A DNA stretch of 63,982 bases, filler included, from Collodictyon triciliatum (taxonomy: Eukaryota), in NCBI GenBank assembly GCA_043381765.1. It is 3 parts of 3 records of this genome, joined end to end, with 100 filler letters (N's around TTAATTAATTAA, not from the genome) between each part and the next. Parts side by side here need not be neighbours in the genome. Positions count along the whole stretch, not along the records: positions 1 to 27,502 come from JBHJMP010000994.1; positions 27,603 to 54,985 come from JBHJMP010000995.1; 1 more part is not named here. One strand, given 5' to 3'. The notes beneath the pieces were generated by a model that was given only the letters and a program-made list of their open reading frames with translations, was not told the DNA's origin and did not search any database. Position 1 is the first letter of the stretch, and every line of letters begins with the position of its first letter. Below are positions 25,611-38,200 of the stretch, one piece after another. The translations under genes and the position numbers were made by a program.

Positions 25611-27350
25611 TTATTTGAAAAATACAAAATCACCTTAGATATTCTGGTTTCCTTGGAGCCAAAGCCATCTCGTTGTCGTCACGCCCCAGAGTGTTCGTGT
25701 CTACAACTTGGCGCTGGACTGCTTTTCTCCTGAGCTTAATTTCAATATCATATCGGATACAATCGTTTCAGTTGCTGTTGTGAAGCCCCGGTAAAGAAAT
25801 CTATCGAATTTACGTCGACCTTGAACAATGAAATTTAATCGCCAATTCTTGGTGTAAAATTTCAACTAATCCATGGTTACATAAAGAACTTCTGGATTGC
25901 CTTCCTTTGTTATACTCGGCCAATCGTCGATGATTTATTCTCATATGATTAACGGTTCCGAAAATACTGGCCCTATTGCCATCGAGTCAACCCTTGCCTT
26001 CGATACTGCCCCACAAGTCCCTCTCAACCCAACATCAGTATACTACTCTTCACTCCTGGATGTCCTGCTCTTATCAAACCAAGACGGAACGTAAGTTTCA
26101 CAACACAAATTAAATTAAACGCATGATAGCATGAAATCCTGTATGCACTTCATACATGTCATATATTGATAGGTACTCGATAATTACGTTTTTAAATACG
26201 GAATGCTAATACTACTCCGTAAATATAGAATATTTGTTTGCAAGGTTGATGACTCAGTGTTGAGGGTTATTAGCTACACAACCGTTGCAGCTGGCGCTGG
26301 GTTACCTATTCGGTATGCCATTCCCATATTTTGACACGTTTTAATTATTTCAAGAATACGTACTTAAGTAAATCTTTGATATGTATCACCTTCCTTCAGC
26401 GAAACTCCGCCCAAACGTTTCTACGAGCATGCAAACATTCCTGGTGTTGTTCTGTACACCGCAGGAAAGCATAGCATGGTGTACGCACTCAAGTTTGATG
26501 GCGAGCTTATCACGCACTCCACTGTGAAGGTCTTTTCTCTCTCCGCGTGATTTGTATTTTGCTTGAACGAACATAAACCAACATGGAACGACTTTGATTA
26601 TGCAAACGTATGGAAATTAACGATCGTTTTTGTATAGCCATGGGCGTCGTCAGGTTCCTTGTCTGTCGAGGGCATTTGCTTCATGGCGAATCCTATAAAC
26701 AAGTCGAATATATCACTGATTGTTCTTCATGAAGACGGCAGCCTTGCTAGACACGATACGGCTTCAAAATCTTCGGTTCTTTTGCTTGCTAATTAATGCA
26801 ATTCAAAATTTATTTTGTTGTCGATTTTGATTGTCCATCTCATTTATTCTTTGTGCAATTTTACTGGGATGAAGCTACTCTGACCAAATTTCCAACAACA
26901 CTAAATATTATAAAAATAGGAATTGTTGGAACCATCCACCAAAACCAAAGGTAGGCTAATTGAAATACAAAAAAGAAAAACAAAAAAGAATATTTATCCA
27001 CTCAAGTTCAACACTAAATCATTCCATGTGTTTGTAAATATGATATTCAGAGGGAAAAAAGGTGACGAAACAGTTCCCTGTTCACTTTTTTGAGGATAAG
27101 ATAGATGTTTCGAAAAACATTTCTTTCAGCTCTGAACTCAGCAAGCACCTCCCAGACCAAGGTTTGTTTGATTGTCATGAATGTATACGATTCCACGTTT
27201 TTCTTTTGTTATGAATATTGATAAAAAAAAAATCAATCAATCAATCAAATTTAATACCCAGCGGCACTGGAGAAATGGATTACCTCTGAAGAACTTATCA
27301 CTGTGTCTGGTGCCGATCCAATTATGATACACTTCTCTGACACTAAACTG
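13541..27350 (+). CDS. UBR4: E3 ubiquitin ligase UBR4/BIG/Pushover, 5' part only (truncated at the scaffold end), several dozen exons
   Basis: UBR box CTFVKTGKTHEEQHWYNCYTCKLVSNEGCCSSCARSCHAGHDLSYEKFGKFYCDCG (23731-23900). BIG-like downstream motifs AYKSGAFDLKI, NHIAVAGVMEC, WFPWSQSHLVVVT..VRVYNL..DCFSP, LHEDGSL and FPVHFFE. A continuous frame could be traced across GT-AG introns. Confidence 0.9.
21511..21605. repeat. (ATT)n microsatellite in a UBR4 intron
   Basis: Perfect ATT run. Another short one lies at about 21278-21312. Confidence 0.95.
25515..25610. repeat. (ATT)n microsatellite in a UBR4 intron
   Basis: Perfect ATT run. Confidence 0.95.
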
Positions 27351-27441
27351 GTATGAACAATCATGATTTACTACCTTGAGTAATGTATAGCGTACAAAAA
27401 AAACGATGAAAAAAGGTGACCAAGTACACTCGACAACAGCT

Positions 27442-27477
<36 letters not shown>

Positions 27478-27502
27478 TTAAAATTTTTTTTTTATTTTTC
27501 TT

Positions 27503-27602
27503 NNNNNNNNNNNNNNNNNNNNNNNNNNNNNNNNNNNNNNNNNNNNTTAATTAATTAANNNNNNNNNNNNNNNNNNNNNNNNNNNNNNNNNNNNNNNNNN
27601 NN
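27503..27602. other. Artificial contig-joining spacer N44-TTAATTAATTAA-N44
   Basis: Exactly 100 nt. The palindromic 12-mer puts TAA in all six frames, and an identical spacer occurs at 54986-55085. Confidence 0.97.
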
Positions 27603-27675
27603 TTGTTTTTGTATTTTTGTTTTTGTATTTTTGTTTTTGTATTTTTGTTTTTGTATTTTTGTTTTTGTATTTTTG
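27603..27675. repeat. Tandem TTTTTG/TATTTTTG repeat at the contig start
   Basis: An approximately 14-nt unit TTTTTGTATTTTTG is repeated. Confidence 0.85.
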
Positions 27676-27838
27676 TTTTGTTTTGTTTTTTTAAAATTAA
27701 ATACTAGTGCCATGGAAACAAAAATTAAGGTTATATCTCCTCTTATCAACTCTCTATATCAATATTAAGCTATAAGGGAAATTTTATGTCAGTGTATTAG
27801 TAAAAAGAAAAATGCTTTTATTCGCTTCCACTTTGCAG

Positions 27839-30533
27839 GTTGAACGAGTAAGTCATATAGGTGACTGGGGCACAAATCTTGGGATGGTTATTTCCCAACT
27901 ACTCCTTAACCAAGAGAACACCGGAAAGAGATACGACGGTTTTACTTTTGCATAAGATTTTTCACCAGAACATGAATCTCCACATCCAATGTTATTAACT
28001 CATAAAAATACAATTTGCTTATTTGATGCTGGTATAGTAAAGGGATAATCCCTTTTGATTTATTCATGCCAACATTTATTTTCTTTTCAAGGTCTGGAGA
28101 TCATTTTATTTCTTTTGTTTCGGTATATTCTAAAAACCACAAAAAAAAAAAAAAACCAATAAGTTAGAATACACCGTCAACGAATTAGAAAAAATATACA
28201 AGGATTCAAAAAAGAAATTTGATGAAGACAAAGATTTCCAGCGAATGTGTCTCCAAACTGTAGTGAAGCTCCAGGAAAATAGTGACGACCTTGTCAGGGT
28301 AATCACACCTGCTTTTTCCTCACTCTAATTTATTTTTGTGTGTGTTTACATTATTCAATCCAATTCACCCCGTCTTTCACAGAAAGTTTGGGAAACAGTA
28401 TCCCATATTACAAAAAACGAGAATCAAAAGATATACGACCGGCTTGGTATCAAAAATCTTGTAAATAACTATAACATCCACCTAGTTTCAAATATATTAC
28501 AAATAAAACATTAATGAAGATATTTTGACTTTTTTTTTTTTACACATATTATTCGTTCAAATGAAAATGACACAATCCTATATTGGGCCTCTTATTTTCC
28601 GATGTTATTCCAAATATACTCTTTTTAACAAAGATTGAGAGAGGAGAAAGTTTTTATCAGAAATTTATACCTGGACTTTTGGATGAACTTAAGAAAAACT
28701 CTACCATCAGTAGTGAGTATTAGTTTTTTTCACTGAATCATATATCTAGAAATAGATATAAAAGTAAATGAAAGCAACTTCTCTCTTTTACAAAGTGATA
28801 ATCAAATATCTTGACTTATGCCATGTAGTTAGTGAGGGAGCAGAAGTTATTTTTGTTCCTGGGTACGAGGTCCCTATGATATTGGTATGAATCATGTCTT
28901 CCTTTTTTTAAAAAAAAATAAATAATTAGAAACAGAAGAAGCAGTATTCCTACATATATTTCTGCTAATCTCATCGGATCAAAATAAACACTGGCAATGA
29001 GATTTTCCAAATGAACTTAATGAATAACCCAGACCAAGAGCGAAGGAGGGAGTACTTACGACACCACAGACCTTGCCGCAATATGGTATAGAATCAAGCA
29101 ACAGGCAAGATTGAATTCACTTGCAGAATAACATATATAAGTTGAAAAGAACCAATTTAAGTTATGAGGACTATTTGTTGATTGATTATATATATTTGGT
29201 TAAGCGGTAACCTACTGAAAAATGGTGATGGCTTTTAATGAAAGAAAAAAATTGCTACAACCCCCCAAATTCGTCTAGAATCTTGACCGGGCTATTTATG
29301 TTGTTGATAAGGGTCAATCTGAGCATTTTCACAGACTATTTGATGCATCGACCATTTGTGGATGGACACAAAAGAATTCTGGTTGGTGGAATTGTTTATA
29401 GTATCGCCCATAAGCATTACATATGATATGATATTTTCTTTTCTTTCCATTTTCTTTCCTTTTTTTAATAACGAAAAAGGGGAAAAGAAACATATTCTCA
29501 ATTTTGTTCTTGCGAATGATTGCCGTGAAATTGGCTATGTATTATAATTTAGCACCTCTTTTTTTCTTTCGTTTACTTCTCCCTGGTAATCTTATGAGAC
29601 ATCTAAGAATAACGAATTCCTAAGTGCTATACACATCACCATGGTAGTGGTCGATCTGAATTAGATGATGTTTTCTGTTACTTTAATATTGGTTTTTATC
29701 TATATTTTTGTGTCTTTTTTTTTTTCCTGTGTTAACGGGATAGATGGAGAGTTTATTCCAATTTTGAATCATGTCGAATTTGGACTTGTTCTTGGAAATG
29801 ATGGAAAGTATGGAAAATGAAAGCTTTTTTAGATATTCAAATATTACTCATGTATTATATATTTACTCGCAATAATTCAACATATTAATCATTTTTTATG
29901 TATATGAAAGATAAATATTCTTCCCCTTAATTTGTGTGAATGAAAACGCTTTGGCCTGAATGAAAACAACATCATAATTTTGTTCCTTTGCTCGACCCTA
30001 AAATTATTCCATCGGTTTAGAAAGTTCAAAACAAGGTCTGGTGATGCTGTCCCTTTAATGGACTTACTAGATGAAGCTGTGAGTCGCTGTATTTCTTCAA
30101 TGAAAGAACGAGGTTGGTTCCCTACTAATTAGTAAAGATGTAAAGAGATGATAAATTGAGCTAATGATAATACTTCAATACATTTTTTTGAAGGGATTCT
30201 GAAATTTTTAAAGAAAAATCTTTCATTGGTGGGACACAATAAATTATCCTTTTTTTTCTTTTTTGGAGTGAAGTTTTTTAGAATTTTTTTCGAGATAAAG
30301 ATAAGAAAGGAAAAGAAAAATAAAAAAAAACGTGGCAGGAAAATTGTAATTATATTTTTGAAAAAATTAAGAAAAATCATTAAGCCATATAACATATGTG
30401 ATAAAATAGGAAGGGAACAAAACATGACAGCCGAACAAATGCAAGCCGTAGGGAATGTGATTGGGCACAATGCTGTCAAATATGCTGATTTGAAACAATC
30501 ACGAATAAAGAATTACATTTATTCTGCAGATAG
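27839..30533 (+). CDS. RARS1: Arginyl-tRNA synthetase, internal fragment (catalytic domain to start of anticodon domain); both ends missing
   Basis: Motifs HIGDWGTNLGM, ERGESFY, TKSEGGSTYDTTDLAAI, IYVVDKGQSEHF, HVEFGLVLG..KKFKTRSG..LMDLLDEA and AVKYADL..RIKNY. Confidence 0.9.
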
Positions 30534-30750
30534 GTTGGTTTTATTGGTTTTATTGGTTTTATTGGTTTTATTGGTTTTATTGGTTNNNNNNNNNNNNNNN
30601 NNNNNNNNNNNNNNNNNNNNNNNNNNNNNNNNNNNNNNNNNNNNNNNNNNNNNNNNNNNNNTGGTTTTATTGGTTTTATTGGTTTTATTGGTTTTATTGG
30701 TTTTTTTGGTTTCTGTTTTCTGTTTTCTGTTTTCTGTTTTCTGTTTTTTT
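30534..30750. repeat. (TTGGTTTTA)n 9-mer array spanning a small N gap, grading into (TTTTCTG)n
   Basis: The array begins exactly at the GT donor after the last visible ArgRS exon. Confidence 0.9.
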
Positions 30751-32285
30751 GTAAGTATGGGTCAAACGATCTTTTGGTAAGGTGGGTTAAACAAGCTGGT
30801 TGAGCAAAACCCTTCTGAAAGGAATGCCAAGTGAAACGATATCCAGTTAAACGAAAAAAATTATTGCTAAAACAACGATTCACAAATGAGCGCATCATGA
30901 AACTTAGTCCTTTGTTCTTCTTTTTTAATGGCACAGTCCTACACATCAGAGCAAGCACGAAACTGTGCTGTGATGATTAGATTCAGTTTCGGCTCGTCTG
31001 GTTGCTATATCATCTCTCATGATTTCGTTTTCGCACCCCGACGGGAGCCATGAACTTTATTCTTTTTTTTTTCCTTTATTCGATTCAAAAACGGGAGTCA
31101 TGAACTTGATTCCTTGTTCCCTTGTGTTACATGTGTTGCATCTTTCGTTGTAGATTTATGCATATCTCATTATTTTAACTCGGACATCCTGTCGCTCTCG
31201 CTTCTTATCTTTATGGTCGTTTGTGCCATCGGCTATTTCTTGGATATCATTTACTTGAGTCTTGACCAACATTGCAATTTTTTTCCACAGACATCGATAA
31301 TAAACTCTTTCTTCTTTCTTTGCCTTTCATGAGGGCTTTATCGGTGCAGCATCATACAATCGGTGCTTCTTATGTTTGCTTTTCCGCAGGCTGCGATATC
31401 GCGCGTGATTGATGATGGTTGCGGTTTTCGGACGCGATAAGCCAGTCTGAGGTTGCAGCGCCACGTTAATGACTGCATCGATTTTCCGTCGACTTTGGGT
31501 TCCCACTTCTACTCGGGTTGAGTTGTTCACAGAGCCACCAGACTGCTTCGCGACGCGCTGTGCGGCTGGGAAAAAGCAAAGGCGTCTGTTCTTAATGGTT
31601 TTGAAGCAGACTTCGTTTCTAGGATGGAATTGGTATGTCGAACTAATAATTCCAATTATAAGAAAAAGCGGAATGTACGAACATGACAGATTTCTGTATT
31701 CCTGTATAGGAAGGTAAGGAATATTTTCTTTGGGTGTTCAGGGCAGTTTCTACAAATTCGATTGGAATCTGCCGATGAATGAACTTGTGCATCTAGAATC
31801 TTATAATTTTTGCAATGTGGAACAACGCTCATGGAAAAACAGTTAAATTAAGCTGCATTACAGTTATAATATGCTATGTAACAACATCATGAATAATTTC
31901 CACAAATAAGTAAACCAATTGCGGTCAACGTTTTACAAATGTGGAATATTAAAGGAAAGCAGTTATCGGGCTTCTATTCCTGAATCCTCATCGACCTGTC
32001 GCACAACCGCACAGCGGTGGATGACTCGATCCCTTTGCCGCTCCCCGTGTATGTCTGAACCCTGATCGAGCCAGACAACAAGTAGAATAGACCTATTCTT
32101 CTAACACTGCAAACAACACACACTTAGTCTCGGCCTTAAGTTGCTGGGAGAGAGCGAAAGATAGAAACAAAAACAACCAGGATCGAAGCAAAGAAGGAAA
32201 AGAATAGGAAAAGGAAACAAATAGTCTGTAACAGAGGCACAAAGCAACGAAAGGAAACTCGCTCGGTATCCAACATATATTTCAA

Positions 32286-35200
32286 ATGGCCGAGGGAGAA
32301 TCAAGCTACATCAAGCTCAGCCCGTCGTAAGCTTTCCCACAAGCTCTTGCACAAATATTACTCTAGTTTAAATTCATCCGTCATCTGTTGTCAAAGATAT
32401 CTTCTGATTCTCTCCTCTTTCCAAGCTATGTAAGAAAACCTCTAAACTATTTGATTTTCCAATTTATTTTTATTGAGGCATGGTTATCGCAGAATCAAAA
32501 TCAAATGCCCTTTCAGTTTATAAGCGCAGGGATTATCTCAAACCAATTCTAACTCCTATCTTCTGGATAAGAACTTCACGTCTGTGTGATTGAGAGCAGA
32601 CTGAAAGATATCTAGAGAGGGATGATTACTGAACGCCATCTTTTCATACCACTTTCATACGCCAGGTTTGCGTTCGGGTTACAAGGGAAAATCAAGGACA
32701 ATGTCATATACCTTGACGAAGAGCGCATTCTATATCCAGTGGGGACACACATCGTCATTCTCAACATCGAGAGTCGAGAAATGGTGTTTTTGCCTGACTC
32801 TGAAAAGGTATACTACAAGAGATCAGGCCCTACACACCCAGGCACTGGAATGCGTAATTCGATAGATTTTTTTCGATCATTCATCGTGTTAATTCCATTT
32901 CATGCCTTTAAAGGTGAAAAGCATTATCTCTTTGGCCATTTCACCGAGTCGTAAGTACCTTGCAATTAGCGAGAAGCTATGGTCTGACCCATTTGCTCAG
33001 GCAAGACGTTTTTTCATTGGTCTCCAAAGAAGTGTTTATAAATTAAAGGATATTGCTTTATTTTTCATGTATATCGCGAATTTATTCATTCATTTGTTTT
33101 ATTTTCTCTTGGGCATATCCACTAGTCGATTGAGCCACGTAGCTATTATATCACTAGCAACGAATTCTCTGTAGGTCACAATTATGAATCTTCAAACGAG
33201 GAAGCGCCTTCGATCGCTCAGCCACCCGGAAGCCAAAGAGTTTGTATCAATGTCATTTTCAGGGGATAGTAAATTTCTTGTAGCTCAGAGTGGAAGTCCC
33301 GATTACACGCTCATATATTGGAATGTGGAAAAAGCAAAGGTACCTATCCCTATGAAGACACCACTCTTGCCTCTTACAAACAGCATTAACCCACTAGGGA
33401 TCAATATATACATCTCGTTTCCAGTATCCTCAATATTTATCTATTAATATCTAATGTTTCCAAATATTTACGCACTCTAGGTCCTCACGAGCACAAAGAT
33501 AAACTCTAATATCAACAGAGTATCATTTAACCCCAACGACAACTCTGTGGTCACAACGTCAGGACCTAATTTTCTGCGTATCTGGAATCTCCAAGATGGG
33601 GGATTAAAAGGATCTACAATATCACTGAAGAAAGATACTCAAGTACACATAATTATATTCATTTCTATATCACAATTAAATTCATTTTATAATTTTCTTC
33701 ATAAGGGGTTCTCGGATCATTGCTGGATTACAGGAGATACATTTATCGTCGCAACAGAACTCGGGGAAGTCTTAATTATAACTCAAGGAGAGCTTAAACA
33801 GACAATCAGCCGCGCTCTACAAGCTATATCCCCCATCAGTTTCTTGTGTCCTTTCACCAAGGGATTTATCGCTTCGGGTGCTCGGGTATATTATCGTATT
33901 CATACATTTCTCTGATAATTATTTTGCTGACATTATTATATCGCCAATCTCTATAAATGATAAAAGTTACGTAGATGTTAAACAAATTATATTAGTTAGT
34001 GGATTCATTTTATCTTCTTTTTTTTTGAAAAAAAAATATTGGTTTCACATTATTTTCGCAATAGAATGTTTTAGGGATTTTTGAAAAGAGTGGTGAACGA
34101 GACCAATATCAGCTAACCAAGGTATAGCTATTTATTCATGTTCATAGTATATACTTGACCATGTTGTACCTGGGCGTAGATGGAGACAAAAATTCCACTT
34201 GATGAAACTAATTGAGAACCTTTAAGATATTCCCCACAGGGACAAACCACATAACATGCATGACGATATCACCCAATGACGATTCTTTGGTGTGTTCGCT
34301 TAGTAACCACCAGCTTGTGCAATTCCACCTGGCTAGTATAATTTATACATATATTCTAAATACTAGACTATTGGTTCGATTTATAAATAAAATTGATTAT
34401 TCTGGTAAAAAAAAGAAAATTCACCAAAGCAAGCTAGATTCTAGCATGGTATCATATTCAGATAGTAATATAAGTATTTCTTTTTGATTCATTTCTATCC
34501 TTATTATTAATTACCCTATTCTGCAAGACGTCGATATTTTAAAAGAAGACCAATATAACTTCCAAACAATTCTGAGTGAATTTCATGATGGTCAAATAAC
34601 TGGTAAGACAATCCGCACATATATCTTGAATGCTTAGTCAGTTTACTTTCTATAATTGATAGTTGAACTTATTCAGAATGTGATGCTAACTTAGTTTAAT
34701 GGTATTATTTGTGCATATATTTTTCTCTTGTCATCACTTTCATATCATGAATTTAAGGATTGGACATAAGTGTCCGAAAGCCATTTGTCGTCACATGTGG
34801 GTCTGACAGATCCGTTCGAATATGGAACTATCTTGATAAAACATGCGAAATGTTTAAAATATTTGATGACACACCCTTTAGGTACTATGAATGCGTGTCT
34901 TTTGCGTATATATATTGCTAGAAAAACAAAAGATATTGGAGATTCTAATATATATTCTTGCAGCGTTTCTATTCACCCGTCTGGATTTCACATTCTCGTT
35001 GGATTTTCTGACAGACTTCGACTATATGCTTTGATGACTGATGACTTAAAAGTCGAATTTGAATTTCCAGTGAAAGCTTGCAAAGAAGTATTGGAAACAT
35101 TTTTTAATTTTTACCCGTTTAATCCCTTGACAACCATTTTTTCTTCATGCCCACATATTGTGTCACATCAATTTCTCATCATTCAAAACCCTTAAAGATA

Positions 35201-38200
35201 AAATAAAATCGACAGTCATTTCATATTTAACCCTCTTTTTCTTCTTTTTCTTTTGTATTTCGATCAGGTTCGGTTTAGTCACGGAGGACAATATTTTGCC
35301 GCAATTAGCAACACAAATATTCATATATTTTCCACATACACATATGAAAGTGTGTGTATTTTCAAGGGTAAGATATCATACGTGTTTTGTGACAGTAATC
35401 TGAAGGGGAATTTTCAGCCAAAAATCATAATATGTTTTGAAATATATCAAATAGGTCGAGTAACTCACATACATGTATTCCATGATTTGTAAGGTCACAT
35501 TGGTCCAATTCGTTCAATCTGTTGGACCTTGAATGACCACGGGCTCGTTTCTGCAGGCCATGATGGCGCGATTTATGAGTGGAGGCTCGAAGTGTTTATT
35601 GATTTTTGAGCTTACCCCATCTATTTCTTTTTTATGCTTGTATACTCTTTTCGGTTGAAGGGATTACAAGTTGTATTAATGAAATCAATCTCCACGCGCA
35701 GGGACAACGTCGAATAGCAGACAACGTACTAAAAACATGTCATTATTCATGCGCAATTTATTGTCATACATCCGATAAAGTGCTTGCCTGTGGAAGTGAC
35801 CGGTGACTTTTCTTATTTACTGGGATTTATCCATATAACCTCGAAGTGGCGTACTTGTGTGAATATTTTATGCATTCTTTGACGAAAAAAAGAAAAGGAT
35901 AATATATATACCTAGATTTTCTTCTTTTTTCATCTACCACGACCTCCTTCGGTGAACTAAACTCCTATTGATGTAAATAGTATGTTGAGAGAGTTTACTC
36001 TTGGGAATCAAAACTTTGACTTTCCCTTAGAACCCAATCTTGGAACACAGGTACTTTTATATTCTGGACAATAAGTAAAATTCATCTCAATGTGTGCGTC
36101 CATAATTGAAATTTTCGTGCATCGAAGTCTTCGCAAGACATCAAAATAAATATTAAATATGAATTGCATGTATCTTTTACTTTTTTTTTATTTCATACGC
36201 CAATATCGAAAGCTAAAAATATCTATAAAAGCTGCTCCTTTCTAAAGATGACCGTGTGATATATGTTGGAACTGCGGGAGGGTCTATACGCACTTCAGGA
36301 TATCCTCCTCAAAACAGAGCCTACACAGAACGATTATTCCATGCGGGTCAGTATTCATTAATTATATTGATTGCTATTCGAAGTATACCTTTTCTTGGTT
36401 ATCACCAAATTACAGCTTTTTGATCGAAGTAGAACACACACTAAAAAAAAATCTTATTTCCATACATATAACACATACAATATGTGGACAAAAGGCTCGA
36501 TTACTCGCTTGAGAATAAGCCCAGATGACTCACATGTTTTCTCAGTGAGCGAAGATGGGTCGTTTTTCATCCTTGATATTGTACGAATTGAGGATGGGTT
36601 GGTAATGCAGAGAAAAATGCTAGAGGCTTCTGTAAGAATTCTTATAGTTGTGTTGAACAATTTCATCACCTCTTATGATTTATTCAGCTGTTTTTCACTT
36701 GTATCATATTTACTTCCCATGCATTTGACGTTCCTCAGAATTTTTAATTGACGATTTTCCTTCAATTTCGTCCCGTTAGATGTTTTCCGATTTAATTCTC
36801 ATCACAAAGTCTGACGTTGAAGAAAAGAAAGTCACTATGTTGGAACTAGAGACCAAAATTACAGACATAAAATCAGAGTCAGGTTTGACCTCTTTCTTTA
36901 CAATTATTATTTTCTCCTTTTCTGGGTATTCCACTATATTACAAATGCGACATATACATGTACTCTTATTACCTGGTTTCTGTTTCTGTTTCTGTTTCTG
37001 TTTCTGTTTCTGTTTCTGTTTCTGTTTCTGTTTCTTTCTTTTTTTCTCTTTTTTTAGAGATGCAACCACTCATATTTTCATTCGTAGAATACCAACTGCA
37101 TCTCAAGGAGCAATATTATCAAGATCTCTTGAGAAAGCAAGAGGAAGATTTTGAAACAAAACTGGAGCAGCAAGAATCAAAGTTTAGATCAAGCCCTTTT
37201 CTTACCAATTATTCTTACTTTTTTCCCTTCCTTTGAAATAATCATCTCGTCTATCATAGATACATCGAGTTGAAGGAGAGAAAAGATGCAGCCGAAGTAG
37301 AAGCAGCCGAAGTAGTTCACCATCTCGAAGAAGAGCACCTTAAAGCAGCAAAAGTGAGTGGATAAGGGATAGTTTCTTTCGTAAATTGATGCGCTCATTC
37401 GATTGATTTTCTTTGAGTAAACATTTACTCATACCTCTCATGTTATGTTATTTATGTGGCCATCAAAGGAACTCGAAAGTTTATACGAGAAGAAGCTATC
37501 GGGAGAAATGATGCGATACGAAGAACTTTCTCGCGACAAGGAAGATTTGCAGTGTAAATTAGAAGAACGGATGCACTCTATGAAAGTCGACCACGAAAGC
37601 ACAATGGACAATTTGAAAAGACAGTTTGAGACTCGCGAGAACGTGTGTTTTGTGATTGTTGTTGCATTTTTGACAGCCACCTCTATGTGAATCGCGAATT
37701 TTTGTCTGTCATCGTATATTTTGTTCACAAAAGGAATCGTACCATATGCCAGGAGCACAAAGAGACGGTTGGCAGGCTCAAAGAAGAAGCAGAGCTGCAG
37801 AGACTGGAACATGAAGAGCAGCTACGTCAACTCGAGCAGGAACATGAAACAGAAGTAGACCATTCAAAAGGCTAGTGCAGCACAACTTTATTTTCAATCA
37901 TCGATTTCTTCGATACACTCATTCAAGAATGAGAGATTTACTATCATGACTAACACCATGTTTGGTGCAATCGAACTTTTATTTCATTGGGGAAAAGAAG
38001 CCGTAACCTATTTTCTTGCCTTCATTAGATGTATATAAGAGAGATATGCAAGTGGAAAAAGATAGTACAATGTCAGCCAAAGGGGAAGCTGCACTACTAC
38101 GCAAAAAATTTGATACTTTTCAAAACGACCAAGAGCAGCTCCGTCGAGAAATATCCGAGAAAGACAAAAGAATCAAAGACCTTGAAAGATCAGTGATGGA

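Noticed and set aside
27547..27558. Palindrome TTAATTAATTAA as a biological element (for example a piggyBac TTAA site or an eliminated-sequence boundary)
   Set aside because: It is centred in exactly 44+44 Ns and repeated identically at 55030, so it is a six-frame-stop assembly linker. Gene adjacency across it is meaningless.
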